Shown here: one piece after another, positions 19,411 through 28,383 of the stretch
How positions within the stretch are numbered: position 1 is the stretch's first letter
Layout: every line of letters begins with the position of its first letter
Source of the DNA: Deferribacterales bacterium
Lineage (GTDB): Bacteria; Chrysiogenota; Deferribacteres; Deferribacterales; Geovibrionaceae
DNA: 64,000 bases
Reading direction: 5' to 3'
NCBI GenBank assembly: GCA_050251875.1
Contig: JBFWMA010000002.1
Span: forward strand, 422,401 to 486,400
The notes under the pieces: model-generated
Told to the model about the DNA's origin: nothing
Seen by the model: the letters and a program-made list of their open reading frames with translations, nothing else
Database searches by the model: none
Translations under genes and position numbers: made by a program

Positions 19411-20228
19411 GAGAAAAACTGGTTAAACTCGCCCTCGAAGAGGACATAGGCACAGGCGATCTCACCGCCAAGGCATTCCGCCACCACGACAGCATGAGCG
19501 TGTTCGCTTATCTGGCGAAGGAAGATTTCATCCTCTGCGGGACGAAAACAGCCAGAATAGTTTTCAGCGAGTTGAACGCCGGAATCGACACCATCTTTTA
19601 TAAACAGGACGGCGATCTGGTAAAAAAAGGCGATATTTTCGGCGAGGTCTCAGGACCCGTCTATTCCATTCTCTCCGGCGAGAGAACATCGCTTAACTTT
19701 CTCCAGAGGCTCTCAGGAATAGCCACCAACACCGCCAGCTATGTAAAAGAGCTGGAAGGCACCAATATCAAGATTCTGGACACCAGAAAAACCACCCCCG
19801 GCTGGCGTGTAATGGAAAAATACGCCGTGCTGATAGGCGGCGGACACAACCACCGCATGGGGCTCTTTGACGGTGTGATGCTGAAAGACAACCATATAGA
19901 CGCAGCGGGCGGAATAACAGCCGCTGTGAAGCTGGTTCAGAAGAGCATCCCCAGCACAGTGAAGGTAGAGGTGGAGGTCAGAAACCTTAGCGAAGCCAAA
20001 GAAGCGGCTGAAGCGGGCGCCGATATCATCATGCTGGACAACTTCAGGCTGGAAGACATGCAGGCGGCGATAGACGTTATCGCCAAACGTGCCAAGATAG
20101 AGATATCCGGCGGCGTTACGAAGGAGAAACTGAAAGAATTCCGCCATCTGGACATAGATTACATCTCTATAGGAGCGCTGACCCATCAGGCCGTCAGTGT
20201 TGACATGAGTCTGAAAATCAGAAAATGA
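19404..20228 (+). CDS. nadC: Quinolinate phosphoribosyltransferase
   Basis: ERTSLNFLQRLSGIAT, DTRKTTPG, NHRMGL, KDNH, MLDN. Confidence 0.96.
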   Translation: MLREKLVKLALEEDIGTGDLTAKAFRHHDSMSVFAYLAKEDFILCGTKTARIVFSELNAGIDTIFYKQDGDLVKKGDIFGEVSGPVYSILSGERTSLNFLQRLSGIATNTASYVKELEGTNIKILDTRKTTPGWRVMEKYAVLIGGGHNHRMGLFDGVMLKDNHIDAAGGITAAVKLVQKSIPSTVKVEVEVRNLSEAKEAAEAGADIIMLDNFRLEDMQAAIDVIAKRAKIEISGGVTKEKLKEFRHLDIDYISIGALTHQAVSVDMSLKIRK

Positions 20229-20770
20229 TACTCAGATTCAGAAGGCTTATAAACAAAAAAAGTCTGATCGTTTTTGTTATAACCGGTCTGCTCTTTCACA
20301 TGCTTTTCAGAGCCAGATCGAACCCGGACGCCCTTCAGGCGGGAACACCCGCCCCGGACATAGCTCTGGAGTCTGTAGACGGGCAGAAATTCCGTTTAAG
20401 CGAGCTGGACGAACCTGTCATGCTGGCTTTTTTCAACACCCACACTTTTCTTTCCGGCGGTCTCTACACCAAATATTACCTTAACCGTATGCCCTATCTG
20501 AAAGGAATCGAGGATGCTGGCAGAGCAAAGCTCGTTGTGGTGCTGGACACAGAGCAAACAAAAAATATTATTAATAAAGAAACTTCATCAGGTAAATACA
20601 AAGTCCTTGAAAAAAGAGTATATTTGGGTAATATAGAACAGGCAGAGAAAGATTACGGAATATCCATTTGGCCGCATTTTTTTCTGATAGACAAAGAACA
20701 CACTATAATCTATGAAGCCAAAGTTCCTTCTGTGGAGCTTGTGGATGATTTGTTAGACAGGAGCAGATAA
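20225..20770 (+). CDS. Membrane-anchored TlpA/redoxin-fold protein lacking CxxC
   Basis: N-terminal TM; GTPAPDIAL..DG...LS, P.FFLIDK redoxin pattern; no Cys in the protein. Confidence 0.7.
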   Translation: MILRFRRLINKKSLIVFVITGLLFHMLFRARSNPDALQAGTPAPDIALESVDGQKFRLSELDEPVMLAFFNTHTFLSGGLYTKYYLNRMPYLKGIEDAGRAKLVVVLDTEQTKNIINKETSSGKYKVLEKRVYLGNIEQAEKDYGISIWPHFFLIDKEHTIIYEAKVPSVELVDDLLDRSR

Positions 20771-21726
20771 TGCAGGATTTTTTCAACGTACAGGACATCA
20801 AGGACGAATACGATATAGTTATACTGGGCGCAGGTCCTGCCGGGCTCACAGCGGCTATGTACGCCGCCAGAGACAAACAGGATGTTCTGGTGCTGGAAAA
20901 ACAGTTTCCCGGCGGTTTTGTCGCCATCACCGAATGGGTGGAAAACTACCCCGGATTCTTTGACGGCATAATGGGCGCTGACCTGTCTGAAAAATTCTAT
21001 AACCACGCGGTAAAATTCGGCGTTATGGTGCGCAACGGCAACTGTACCAAGATTGAAAATGACGGCAAATATAAAATAGTTCATGTGGAAAACAGACCTA
21101 ACCCCATCAAGGCGAAGGTCGTTATAGTCGGCTTCGGGTGCGAGCCCAAGAGGCTGGACGTTCCCGGCGAAAGCAGATTCTACGGCAGAGGCGTATCTTT
21201 CTGCGCCACATGCGACGGTTCATTCTATAAAGACAAAGTGGTGGCATGTATAGGCGGCGGCGAATCCGCCATCGAAGAAGGAGCGTATCTCACCAGATTC
21301 GCTTCAAAGGTGTACATGGTTCACCGCAGAGACGCTTTCAGAGCCTCTAAAACCGCTATGGAAAGAGCACAGGCAAATCCTAAGATAGAGTTCATCACCG
21401 ACAGCGTGGTGGAATCTGTTAACGGTGAAATGAAGGTGTCAGACGTAACACTGAAAAACGTGAAAACCGGAGAAACCAGCAAACTGGTGGTGGACGGTAT
21501 TTTCGTTTTCATCGGTCAGACAGCGAAAACCGATCTGGTAAAAGATCTGGTGGATACTGACGAATGGGGATTCATCATCGCTGACGAATCCACAAAAACA
21601 TCAGCCCCCGGAATATATGTTGCCGGAGACGTGCGCACCAAAGAATTCAGACAGATAACCACCGCTGTTTCCGATGGTACAGTGGCGGCTAAAAATGCTG
21701 AAAAGTACATCAACGAAAACTTCTGA
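20770..21726 (+). CDS. trxB: Thioredoxin-disulfide reductase
   Basis: GAGPAG, GVSFCATCDG, GGG.SA.EE, HRR, AGD. Confidence 0.96.
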   Translation: MQDFFNVQDIKDEYDIVILGAGPAGLTAAMYAARDKQDVLVLEKQFPGGFVAITEWVENYPGFFDGIMGADLSEKFYNHAVKFGVMVRNGNCTKIENDGKYKIVHVENRPNPIKAKVVIVGFGCEPKRLDVPGESRFYGRGVSFCATCDGSFYKDKVVACIGGGESAIEEGAYLTRFASKVYMVHRRDAFRASKTAMERAQANPKIEFITDSVVESVNGEMKVSDVTLKNVKTGETSKLVVDGIFVFIGQTAKTDLVKDLVDTDEWGFIIADESTKTSAPGIYVAGDVRTKEFRQITTAVSDGTVAAKNAEKYINENF

Positions 21727-21730
21727 TAAT

Positions 21731-22552
21731 ATGAGCAGTCTTCCTCCCGTCTCTTTTGTTCCCACGCCCATAGGAAACCTGGGAGACATTACCCTGCGCT
21801 CTCTGGAGGCGCTGAAAGACTGTGATGTCATCTTCGCCGAAGACACCAGAACAGCCAGATCGCTTCTGAATGCTCTGGATATCAAAAAACCGGTGGAATC
21901 CTATCACAAGGACAATGAGGTTCAGGCTTCTGCCCGTGTGGTTCATTCCGTTAACAGCGGAAACACCGTCTGCGTCATCTCAGAGGCAGGCACGCCATGC
22001 GTGAGCGACCCGGGAAACACTCTTACATCCGTTCTGGTGAAAGAAAATATAAAATTTCAGGCGCTCCCCGGCGCCACAGCCTTCGTCCCGGCTATGATGC
22101 TCTCCGGATTTGACCTCAGCGATTTCTTCTTTTACGGGTTTCTGCCGAACAAGACCGGAGAAAAGATCAAAACAGCCGAATCACTCACACACTATAACAC
22201 CGTGATAGCCTTCTATGAGTCTCCCCACAGGGTAAAAGACACTCTGAAAGCGCTTCTAGATATTTTCCCCGCTCCCCTCTTCTGCTGCCGTGAACTGACT
22301 AAGGTCTTTGAATCGTCATATTTCATCAATTCCGCTGACGACATAGAGCAGATAACAGAGAAAGGCGAATTTGTCATAGTGGTGAACAACAGAAAGAAAG
22401 AGGCAAAAGAAGAGCTGTCAGACTGCGGAGAAACAGCGAAGAAGCTTGTTAAAGCGGGATACAGCGCAAAAGACGCCGTGAATATCCTGAAAGCTCTGGG
22501 ATATAAAAGAAACGATGCCTACTCAGCGGTAAATGATATTATAGAATCCTGA
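21731..22552 (+). CDS. rsmI: 16S rRNA C1402 2'-O-methyltransferase
   Basis: TPIGNLGDIT, AEDTR, SEAGTPCVSDPG, YESPHR, RELTK. Confidence 0.95.
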   Translation: MSSLPPVSFVPTPIGNLGDITLRSLEALKDCDVIFAEDTRTARSLLNALDIKKPVESYHKDNEVQASARVVHSVNSGNTVCVISEAGTPCVSDPGNTLTSVLVKENIKFQALPGATAFVPAMMLSGFDLSDFFFYGFLPNKTGEKIKTAESLTHYNTVIAFYESPHRVKDTLKALLDIFPAPLFCCRELTKVFESSYFINSADDIEQITEKGEFVIVVNNRKKEAKEELSDCGETAKKLVKAGYSAKDAVNILKALGYKRNDAYSAVNDIIES

Positions 22553-23035
22553 CATAAGAAAAAAGAGAGAGCCCAACGCCAGCATCATAATAAGAAACAT
22601 GTTCTTTCTTCTTATTCTCTGAATAGTTACCTTGTCCAGATGACCTTTGCAGTTTTCCGGAACCTCGCTTTTAAGAAAGCTGATAAAATCCTCAAAATCC
22701 TGATAGAGCGAAGATATGAACACGAACTTGTGCGGATCGGAAAGTATCAGAATTATGCGCCATCTGAGGTTCACAACGCCTATCTCTTCCAAATCTTTCA
22801 GATCTATCTCTTTCTTGCCGTAAAGTGTCGTCTGGTGGATGATTCCGTTATCCACCTCAAACCTTTTAGACAGAAGAACCGCCAGGTTGTACCCGAGAAA
22901 AGCTATCATAACAGCGCACACAGCCATTGCCCCCGCGGAAAAATCGGACCTGTAGACCGAGTAAGTGAAGAAGAAAGAGAGCAAAAAGAGTATACTCATC
23001 AGATTGATAAGTTTTTTCTGTACTTTATAAACCAT
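22523..23035 (-). CDS. Hypothetical membrane protein (TM helices flanking a PH-like beta region)
   Basis: Hydrophobic segments; overlaps the 3' end of the TPR gene. Confidence 0.7.
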   Translation of the reverse strand: MVYKVQKKLINLMSILFLLSFFFTYSVYRSDFSAGAMAVCAVMIAFLGYNLAVLLSKRFEVDNGIIHQTTLYGKKEIDLKDLEEIGVVNLRWRIILILSDPHKFVFISSLYQDFEDFISFLKSEVPENCKGHLDKVTIQRIRRKNMFLIMMLALGSLFFLMSGFYNIIYR

Positions 23036-25841
23036 CGATACTAATCTCCAGCGGAAGGTTATGTAAAAAATTACCTCTGTCTTTTTCTATATCATTTATC
23101 GAGTTCAGTGTCATTTCAAAATTTTCACTTCTTAAAGAATATATCATCCTGACCTCTTTTCCAACAGGATCTGAAGGATGTTTTTTCATATATTCAGTGA
23201 TATTGTCCACCAGACGCTTGCTGTTGAAATTAAGAACGAAGTACAGCAGTTTGTAGTAATCCACATATCTGTCGTTCGCTTTCAGGTTTGCCAGAGCCAT
23301 GTAAGACGCCTCGGCGTTCACAAAATCCTCTGTCCAGAGGAAATAGTAGAGAGATGCCTTATAAAGCTCTTTATAACGGATATCCAGATGGCTCACCTGC
23401 TGAAGATATCGGAGAGCGGTCTCCTTGTCTCTGGCGATGATGCTGTAATACACCAGCTCTTTCAGGGCTATGTTGTCCTCCACATATTCATCATAGGTGG
23501 AGAGCGGCGGTTTCAGACCTTTTTTCAGCATGGCGTATGTCTTCATGAACTTGTACGCCCTGTCTTTCAGCAGATCGCCGTCCACGTCCTTCACATCGCC
23601 GTCCAGTGTTCCCAGCAGATCTCTGACCTGTCTGCCTCTGTATATCGGTTTTTTCGTATCCAGAGGACTCAGCGAGCTGTAGCCCTTGCCGGACAGATAG
23701 TCGGAAAGTGCCGCCATGCTTTTGAAAAATATATTATCATTTATATGGCTGCCGATGTCTTCTCTGACCATAGAATATCTGCCCAGACCGAGATCCGCCA
23801 GAAAGCTGGCGTACAGTATAGGTTCCGGCAGGTTTCTTTTATCTTCCACAGACTGAAGAGCCCTGTCTTTGATGCTGTTGTAATATTCAGACGGAGGCGA
23901 GCCCCTGCCCATGGATTTCAGCGTTACCGCCATGCCCAGATATGCCGGGAGGAAATAATTGTTCTGAAGAATGGCTGTGTCAAAATTTTTCCAAGCCGGT
24001 TCTATCTCCCCCAGATTCAGCTTTGCGAGCCCCATGTTATAGAGCGTATAGGGGTTATTGTTCAGCATGTCGTTTGCCCTGCTGAACTTTTTATAGGCTT
24101 CGGCGAATTTATACTGGAACATATCCGCCACGCCTTCGTTATTCAGTCTGATGCCGTCAGAATAGTTGACCGAACGCTCAAGCTCACGCAAGGCGACCAG
24201 TTTTTCATTCTCTTTCAGCATCTTATAGCCCATAGCGACAAAGTTCATCATCTCTGACGGCTCTATAAAGAGCGGATACATCAGCAGAGACAGGATATTT
24301 TCATATTCACCGTCAAATTTATAAGAGAAATCAACATCTTTCATTCTGGGAATCAGATGAAAATTGACGTTTGTTCCCTTGCCGAAAACCGCTTTTCTGG
24401 CGACCTGTTCCGCCAGAGCTTTTTTCAGTCCGGCGATGTTTCCAGTGTTGTAGTTCGCCGCCGCCTTGAACCAGAAGTACTCAGGCTTAACCTTGTTTAT
24501 CCTCTGGGCATATTGCAGAACGGTATCATATTCTTTATATTTCAGAGCGATATACGCCTGATAGATATAGTAGTCGTTGTCAGTCTTGGGCGGCACGTCA
24601 TTGATGAACTGCCTCGCCGGAACCATCTTGTCTTTCAGGATGTAATAGGCGGTTCTGGCGAGATTAAGGAACGGGGATGTTCTCTCTTCCGCAAGAACTT
24701 TCTCCGCCTCTCCCAGATCCTCGTGATAAATAATTCTATGTTTCACAAGTGTATAGAACACATCATCCGTCTTAAAGCGTTCATAGGCGTCATAAGCCAG
24801 CTTGCCTGCCTCATTTATTTCGCCCATGCCCAGCAGAATCTCGTATTTCAGCCTGTAATATTCAGGTTTTTCAGATGATTTAGCTATCAGATCGGTGATC
24901 TCTTTATTCGCCTCTTTCAGAGAACCGTCATAGAACAGAGCTTTTGCCAGCCTGAAATGATAGTCCTCGTCCGGAAATTTCTCTATCAGCCCGTTCAGCA
25001 TGCTCACACAGCTTTTGAAATCGCCCAGAGCGAAATAGCTGAGAGCCGCCAGATTCATCGCCTCTTCCGTCTGATAATAAGACAGGGCTTTTGTGACGTT
25101 CGCCACCGCCTGCTCGTACATTCCTTCGTTATAGTATGCGCTGGCAAGGTTGTAATAGTCGGTATAGTCTTTGACAGACAGATTTTCCAGAATGGCGATG
25201 CCGTTTTTATATTCTCCGATGCTCATCAGAAAATAAGCGTAATTGGAACGGACATATTTGGAATTTTCGCCTTTCTTTATGGCTTCCTGGTAATACAGGG
25301 CGGCTTTGGCTGTCTCTCCCCTTTTCAGGTGGATGTTCGCCATATTCACCAGCATCTTGGCGGAATTGCTGTCTTTCAGCAGGTCGGAAACGTATTTCTC
25401 CGCCTCGTCCAGCTTGCCCGTCTGGATCAGAACCACGGCAAGGTTCATATACGCCTCTTTGAACCCGGGGTTCTCCTCCACAGCCATGCGGAATGACTCT
25501 TCGCTCTTTGCTATGTTGCCCAGCAGATAATAGCTGACGCCCATGTTATAAAAAGCTACAGATCTGTTCTGTGCCAGACCTTCTTTATAAAAATCTATGG
25601 CATTCTGGAACTCGCCTTTCAGAAAAAAGTCGTTTCCTTTAGATATGTTTTCATTGGTGCTGATGATGGGAGACACTATGGGCTTGGTGTCTGTGAGTTT
25701 TTCTTCCAGATGCTGTTTTTTGTCCTCTTTAGAGCATGAGAACATCAGCACAGACAGAAAGACTACTGTTATTATGAATAACCTGTATGGCAGGCGTTTC
25801 AGACTGAATATTTTGGCTTTTCCGGTTGTGTCCGGCGGCAT
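23025..25841 (-). CDS. Large tetratricopeptide-repeat lipoprotein
   Basis: Lipobox-like LMFSC after a hydrophobic stretch; many TPR motifs (YNMGVSYYLLG, YMNLAVVL, YNMGLAKL). Confidence 0.85.
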   Translation of the reverse strand: MPPDTTGKAKIFSLKRLPYRLFIITVVFLSVLMFSCSKEDKKQHLEEKLTDTKPIVSPIISTNENISKGNDFFLKGEFQNAIDFYKEGLAQNRSVAFYNMGVSYYLLGNIAKSEESFRMAVEENPGFKEAYMNLAVVLIQTGKLDEAEKYVSDLLKDSNSAKMLVNMANIHLKRGETAKAALYYQEAIKKGENSKYVRSNYAYFLMSIGEYKNGIAILENLSVKDYTDYYNLASAYYNEGMYEQAVANVTKALSYYQTEEAMNLAALSYFALGDFKSCVSMLNGLIEKFPDEDYHFRLAKALFYDGSLKEANKEITDLIAKSSEKPEYYRLKYEILLGMGEINEAGKLAYDAYERFKTDDVFYTLVKHRIIYHEDLGEAEKVLAEERTSPFLNLARTAYYILKDKMVPARQFINDVPPKTDNDYYIYQAYIALKYKEYDTVLQYAQRINKVKPEYFWFKAAANYNTGNIAGLKKALAEQVARKAVFGKGTNVNFHLIPRMKDVDFSYKFDGEYENILSLLMYPLFIEPSEMMNFVAMGYKMLKENEKLVALRELERSVNYSDGIRLNNEGVADMFQYKFAEAYKKFSRANDMLNNNPYTLYNMGLAKLNLGEIEPAWKNFDTAILQNNYFLPAYLGMAVTLKSMGRGSPPSEYYNSIKDRALQSVEDKRNLPEPILYASFLADLGLGRYSMVREDIGSHINDNIFFKSMAALSDYLSGKGYSSLSPLDTKKPIYRGRQVRDLLGTLDGDVKDVDGDLLKDRAYKFMKTYAMLKKGLKPPLSTYDEYVEDNIALKELVYYSIIARDKETALRYLQQVSHLDIRYKELYKASLYYFLWTEDFVNAEASYMALANLKANDRYVDYYKLLYFVLNFNSKRLVDNITEYMKKHPSDPVGKEVRMIYSLRSENFEMTLNSINDIEKDRGNFLHNLPLEISIDGL

Positions 25842-25945
25842 AATCCGTTATCCCTCCGAGACGATTCTCATACTTTTTTCAACTCAATTTCTACAGAAAA
25901 TGTCCCATTTCTATAGATCGGCAGTTTATCTCAAAAGTAAAGACC

Positions 25946-25971
25946 AAAAGAGCCTGCGCGGTCGCAGGCTC
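25946..25971 (-). terminator. Rho-independent terminator after rnhA
   Basis: gagcctgcg-cggt-cgcaggctc stem; short T run on the minus strand. Confidence 0.65.
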
Positions 25972-25992
25972 CATTTATATTTTTTATATCGT

Positions 25993-26391
25993 TTACGCTT
26001 TTTCGTCAATAGCTTCGTTCGCCAGCCGGTCGGCTATCTTGTTCTGATTTCTCGGAACATGCGTGAAAGTGACTTTTTTGCCGTAAATCAGGCAGTCGAT
26101 TTCCGCTTTCAGCGGGATCAGACCTTCGTTTTTCACCCTGTACTCGCCCTTCATCTGTTTAACCACCAGCTCGGAATCCAGAAAGAAGTTAACCTCTATA
26201 CAGTCCTTAACCAGCTGGTCTTTCAGAGCGTATATAACGGCGGAATACTCAGCGATGTTGTTTGTAGTCTGCCCCAGATATTTTTTTCCTGTGGCAATCT
26301 CCTGACCGTCGGCAAAAACAACGTATCCGCACCCTGCTTCTCCGGGGTTTCCCCTGGAGGCTCCGTCAGAAAAAATATCAATCTTCGGCAT
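25993..26391 (-). CDS. rnhA: Ribonuclease HI
   Basis: DGASRGNPG, TNNIAEY, DSELVVKQ, N..AD.LAN. Confidence 0.92.
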   Translation of the reverse strand: MPKIDIFSDGASRGNPGEAGCGYVVFADGQEIATGKKYLGQTTNNIAEYSAVIYALKDQLVKDCIEVNFFLDSELVVKQMKGEYRVKNEGLIPLKAEIDCLIYGKKVTFTHVPRNQNKIADRLANEAIDEKA

Positions 26392-27100
26392 TTTCTTCGG
26401 GCAGGGCATAGAGGAATCTCTGACAGTTAGGGCACTGAAGGAGTTCCTTGTCCTTTTTCACCTCAACATAAAGCTGGGGCGGGATTTTGATATAGCAGCC
26501 GGTGCAGGTTTCGTTATCCACACGCACAACAGAGAGGTTGTTTCTGGCATCACGGATTCTGTCATATTTCATCAGGACAGATTTTTTAACGACTTTCGCA
26601 GCCTCTTCTCTGGCTTGCTTGTCTTCCGCCAGCTTGGCTATCAGCTCGGCGTTCTCTTCGTTTTTCTGAGAAGCGGTCTGCTCCAGATCAGCTTTGCTCT
26701 TTTCCAGTCTGGCTATTACGTCAGAGTTTTCAGCCTTATACTTATCCACTGACTCTGTCAGCTCCAGAAATCTGAGCTCAGATTCATAGACATTCTTTTT
26801 CAGAGTGTCCATCTCTTTCAGAACTGCTTCATACTCTTTGTTGTTTTTCACTTCGGGGAGTTTCTTTTGGGCTTTTTCCAGAAGGGCTTTGCCCTCTTCA
26901 TAGGCTTTTTCGACTTGTTCTTTAGCGGCGGAGTCTTTTTCGAACTTGACATTGAACTCGTCAAATGCCTCCTGCGCTTTATCCAGCTCCGCCTGCGCTT
27001 TGCGCACATATTCGGGCTGTCCTGCCAGTCTGCTTTCCGCATCGGCGATGAGGTTGTCCAGCCTCTGAATCTCGATGAGCTGAGTAACGATCTCTAACAT
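26378..27100 (-). CDS. Coiled-coil C4 zinc-ribbon protein (DUF164/zf-RING_7)
   Basis: Long coiled coil; CTGC...CPNCQRFLY. Confidence 0.9.
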   Translation of the reverse strand: MLEIVTQLIEIQRLDNLIADAESRLAGQPEYVRKAQAELDKAQEAFDEFNVKFEKDSAAKEQVEKAYEEGKALLEKAQKKLPEVKNNKEYEAVLKEMDTLKKNVYESELRFLELTESVDKYKAENSDVIARLEKSKADLEQTASQKNEENAELIAKLAEDKQAREEAAKVVKKSVLMKYDRIRDARNNLSVVRVDNETCTGCYIKIPPQLYVEVKKDKELLQCPNCQRFLYALPEENAED

Positions 27101-27104
27101 TCTG

Positions 27105-28205
27105 TTACCTCCAGTTTATGATAGAAGGTTCTTCATCTATCACTACTGTTTTTATATTAAATTTTTCGGCTATCTTTTCTGCCAGATAGCTCATAAATAT
27201 CTTTTCTGTGTGAAAGTGCCCGCCGTCCACAATAACAAATCCGGCTTCTCTGGCGTCCAGCGCCTCGTGATGCTTCATATCGCCTGTGACAAGCACATCT
27301 GCCTTGCCCAGACATTTTTTCCACAGAGAGGCCCCGCTGCCTGTTATAACGGCATATTTCTTTATCCTGCCAGTGAAATCAGATGTGTTCACACGCAGAG
27401 TGTCAGCGCCCAGAATGTATCTGAGCTTGTCCAGAAACTGTGTCATAGTCATCGGCTTGTCATATGTCGCTGTGCGCCCCAGACCGTATTCTCTGCCGTT
27501 TAAGAGAGGATATACGTCATAGGCGACCTCTTCGTAGGGGTGCGCCTCTATGACAGCTTTTATAAGATTTTTAAGATTTTTCTTTTCGATGATGGTTTCG
27601 ATGCGCTCTTCCTCAGCTGCTTCTATCTCGCCTATTTTGCCGATGAAGGGATTAGCCCCTTCGCCCGCCTTGAAACGTCCTGTTCCCGGCGCGGAGAATG
27701 ACACATCTGAATAGTTGCCGATGTGTCCGGCGCCTGCTGATGCCATCGCTTTTCTGATTTTTTCAGCGTGATCCACAGGCACGAAAACAGCGAATTTTAC
27801 AAGTTCCTCTTTACCTTCCGTGATGACTGTTCCGTCTGTTTTTCCGCCCAGAAGACCGGCAAGATGATCGTTCAGACTGTAGTCGGCAAGGTCAAGACTT
27901 GTGTGATGAGAAAGAATTGCGAGATTTGCCTGAATAGCTTTGATAACCTTTCTATCGAAAGGTCTGTCGGAAGAAAGGCTCTTTACCGAGCCAAAAAAAA
28001 GGGGGTGATGAGTTATAAGTACCTCACACCCCTCTTCTATTGCTTTGTTTATAGTTTTTTCGCTAGGATCAAGTGCAAATGCGGCTTTAGTGATCTCCCT
28101 GTCTTCAGGGATAATCTGGTTTCCGCTGTTGTCCCATTCGTATTGTCTGGAACTGTCGGCGAAACCCTTCTCTAAAAAATTTCGTAAATCTCTTACCCGT
28201 GTCAC
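27105..28205 (-). CDS. Nif3-like dinuclear metal centre protein
   Basis: WDNSG, THHPLFF, HT.LD, PII-like insert HPYEEVAYD, GH..TE. Confidence 0.92.
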   Translation of the reverse strand: MTRVRDLRNFLEKGFADSSRQYEWDNSGNQIIPEDREITKAAFALDPSEKTINKAIEEGCEVLITHHPLFFGSVKSLSSDRPFDRKVIKAIQANLAILSHHTSLDLADYSLNDHLAGLLGGKTDGTVITEGKEELVKFAVFVPVDHAEKIRKAMASAGAGHIGNYSDVSFSAPGTGRFKAGEGANPFIGKIGEIEAAEEERIETIIEKKNLKNLIKAVIEAHPYEEVAYDVYPLLNGREYGLGRTATYDKPMTMTQFLDKLRYILGADTLRVNTSDFTGRIKKYAVITGSGASLWKKCLGKADVLVTGDMKHHEALDAREAGFVIVDGGHFHTEKIFMSYLAEKIAEKFNIKTVVIDEEPSIINWR

Positions 28206-28234
28206 TTAAACCTTTCTCGTGTTATTTAAAAGTA

Positions 28235-28308
28235 TGGGCCAAGCTGGACTCGAACCAGCGACCTACCGGTTATGAGCCGGTGGCTCTAGCCAACTGAGCT
28301 ATTGGCCC
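28235..28308 (-). tRNA. tRNA with CAT anticodon, probably tRNA-Ile2 (lysidine); CCA not encoded
   Basis: GGGCCAATAGCTCAGTTGGCTAGAGCCACCGGCTCATAACCGGTAGGTCGCTGGTTCGAGTCCAGCTTGGCCCA cloverleaf; no GGG/CCC initiator anticodon stem; lies downstream of rpoD like E. coli ileX. Confidence 0.92.
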
Positions 28309-28383
28309 TGACAGAGTTGATGTTTTTAACTGTTTATCACAGTTTTGTCAACAACTTTATTCTAATTATATCAAAAAAATATC

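Noticed and set aside
25885..25918. AATTTCTAC...ATTTCTATAGAT resembling a Cas12a repeat
   Set aside because: Only two short imperfect copies, no spacer periodicity and no cas genes
23178..26430. Several long plus-strand ORFs (359, 173, 179 and 277 aa)
   Set aside because: Antisense shadows of the TPR gene and rnhA, explained by codon bias
28235..28308. tRNA as a possible integration site
   Set aside because: No integrase or duplicated tRNA 3' end seen; flanked by core genes
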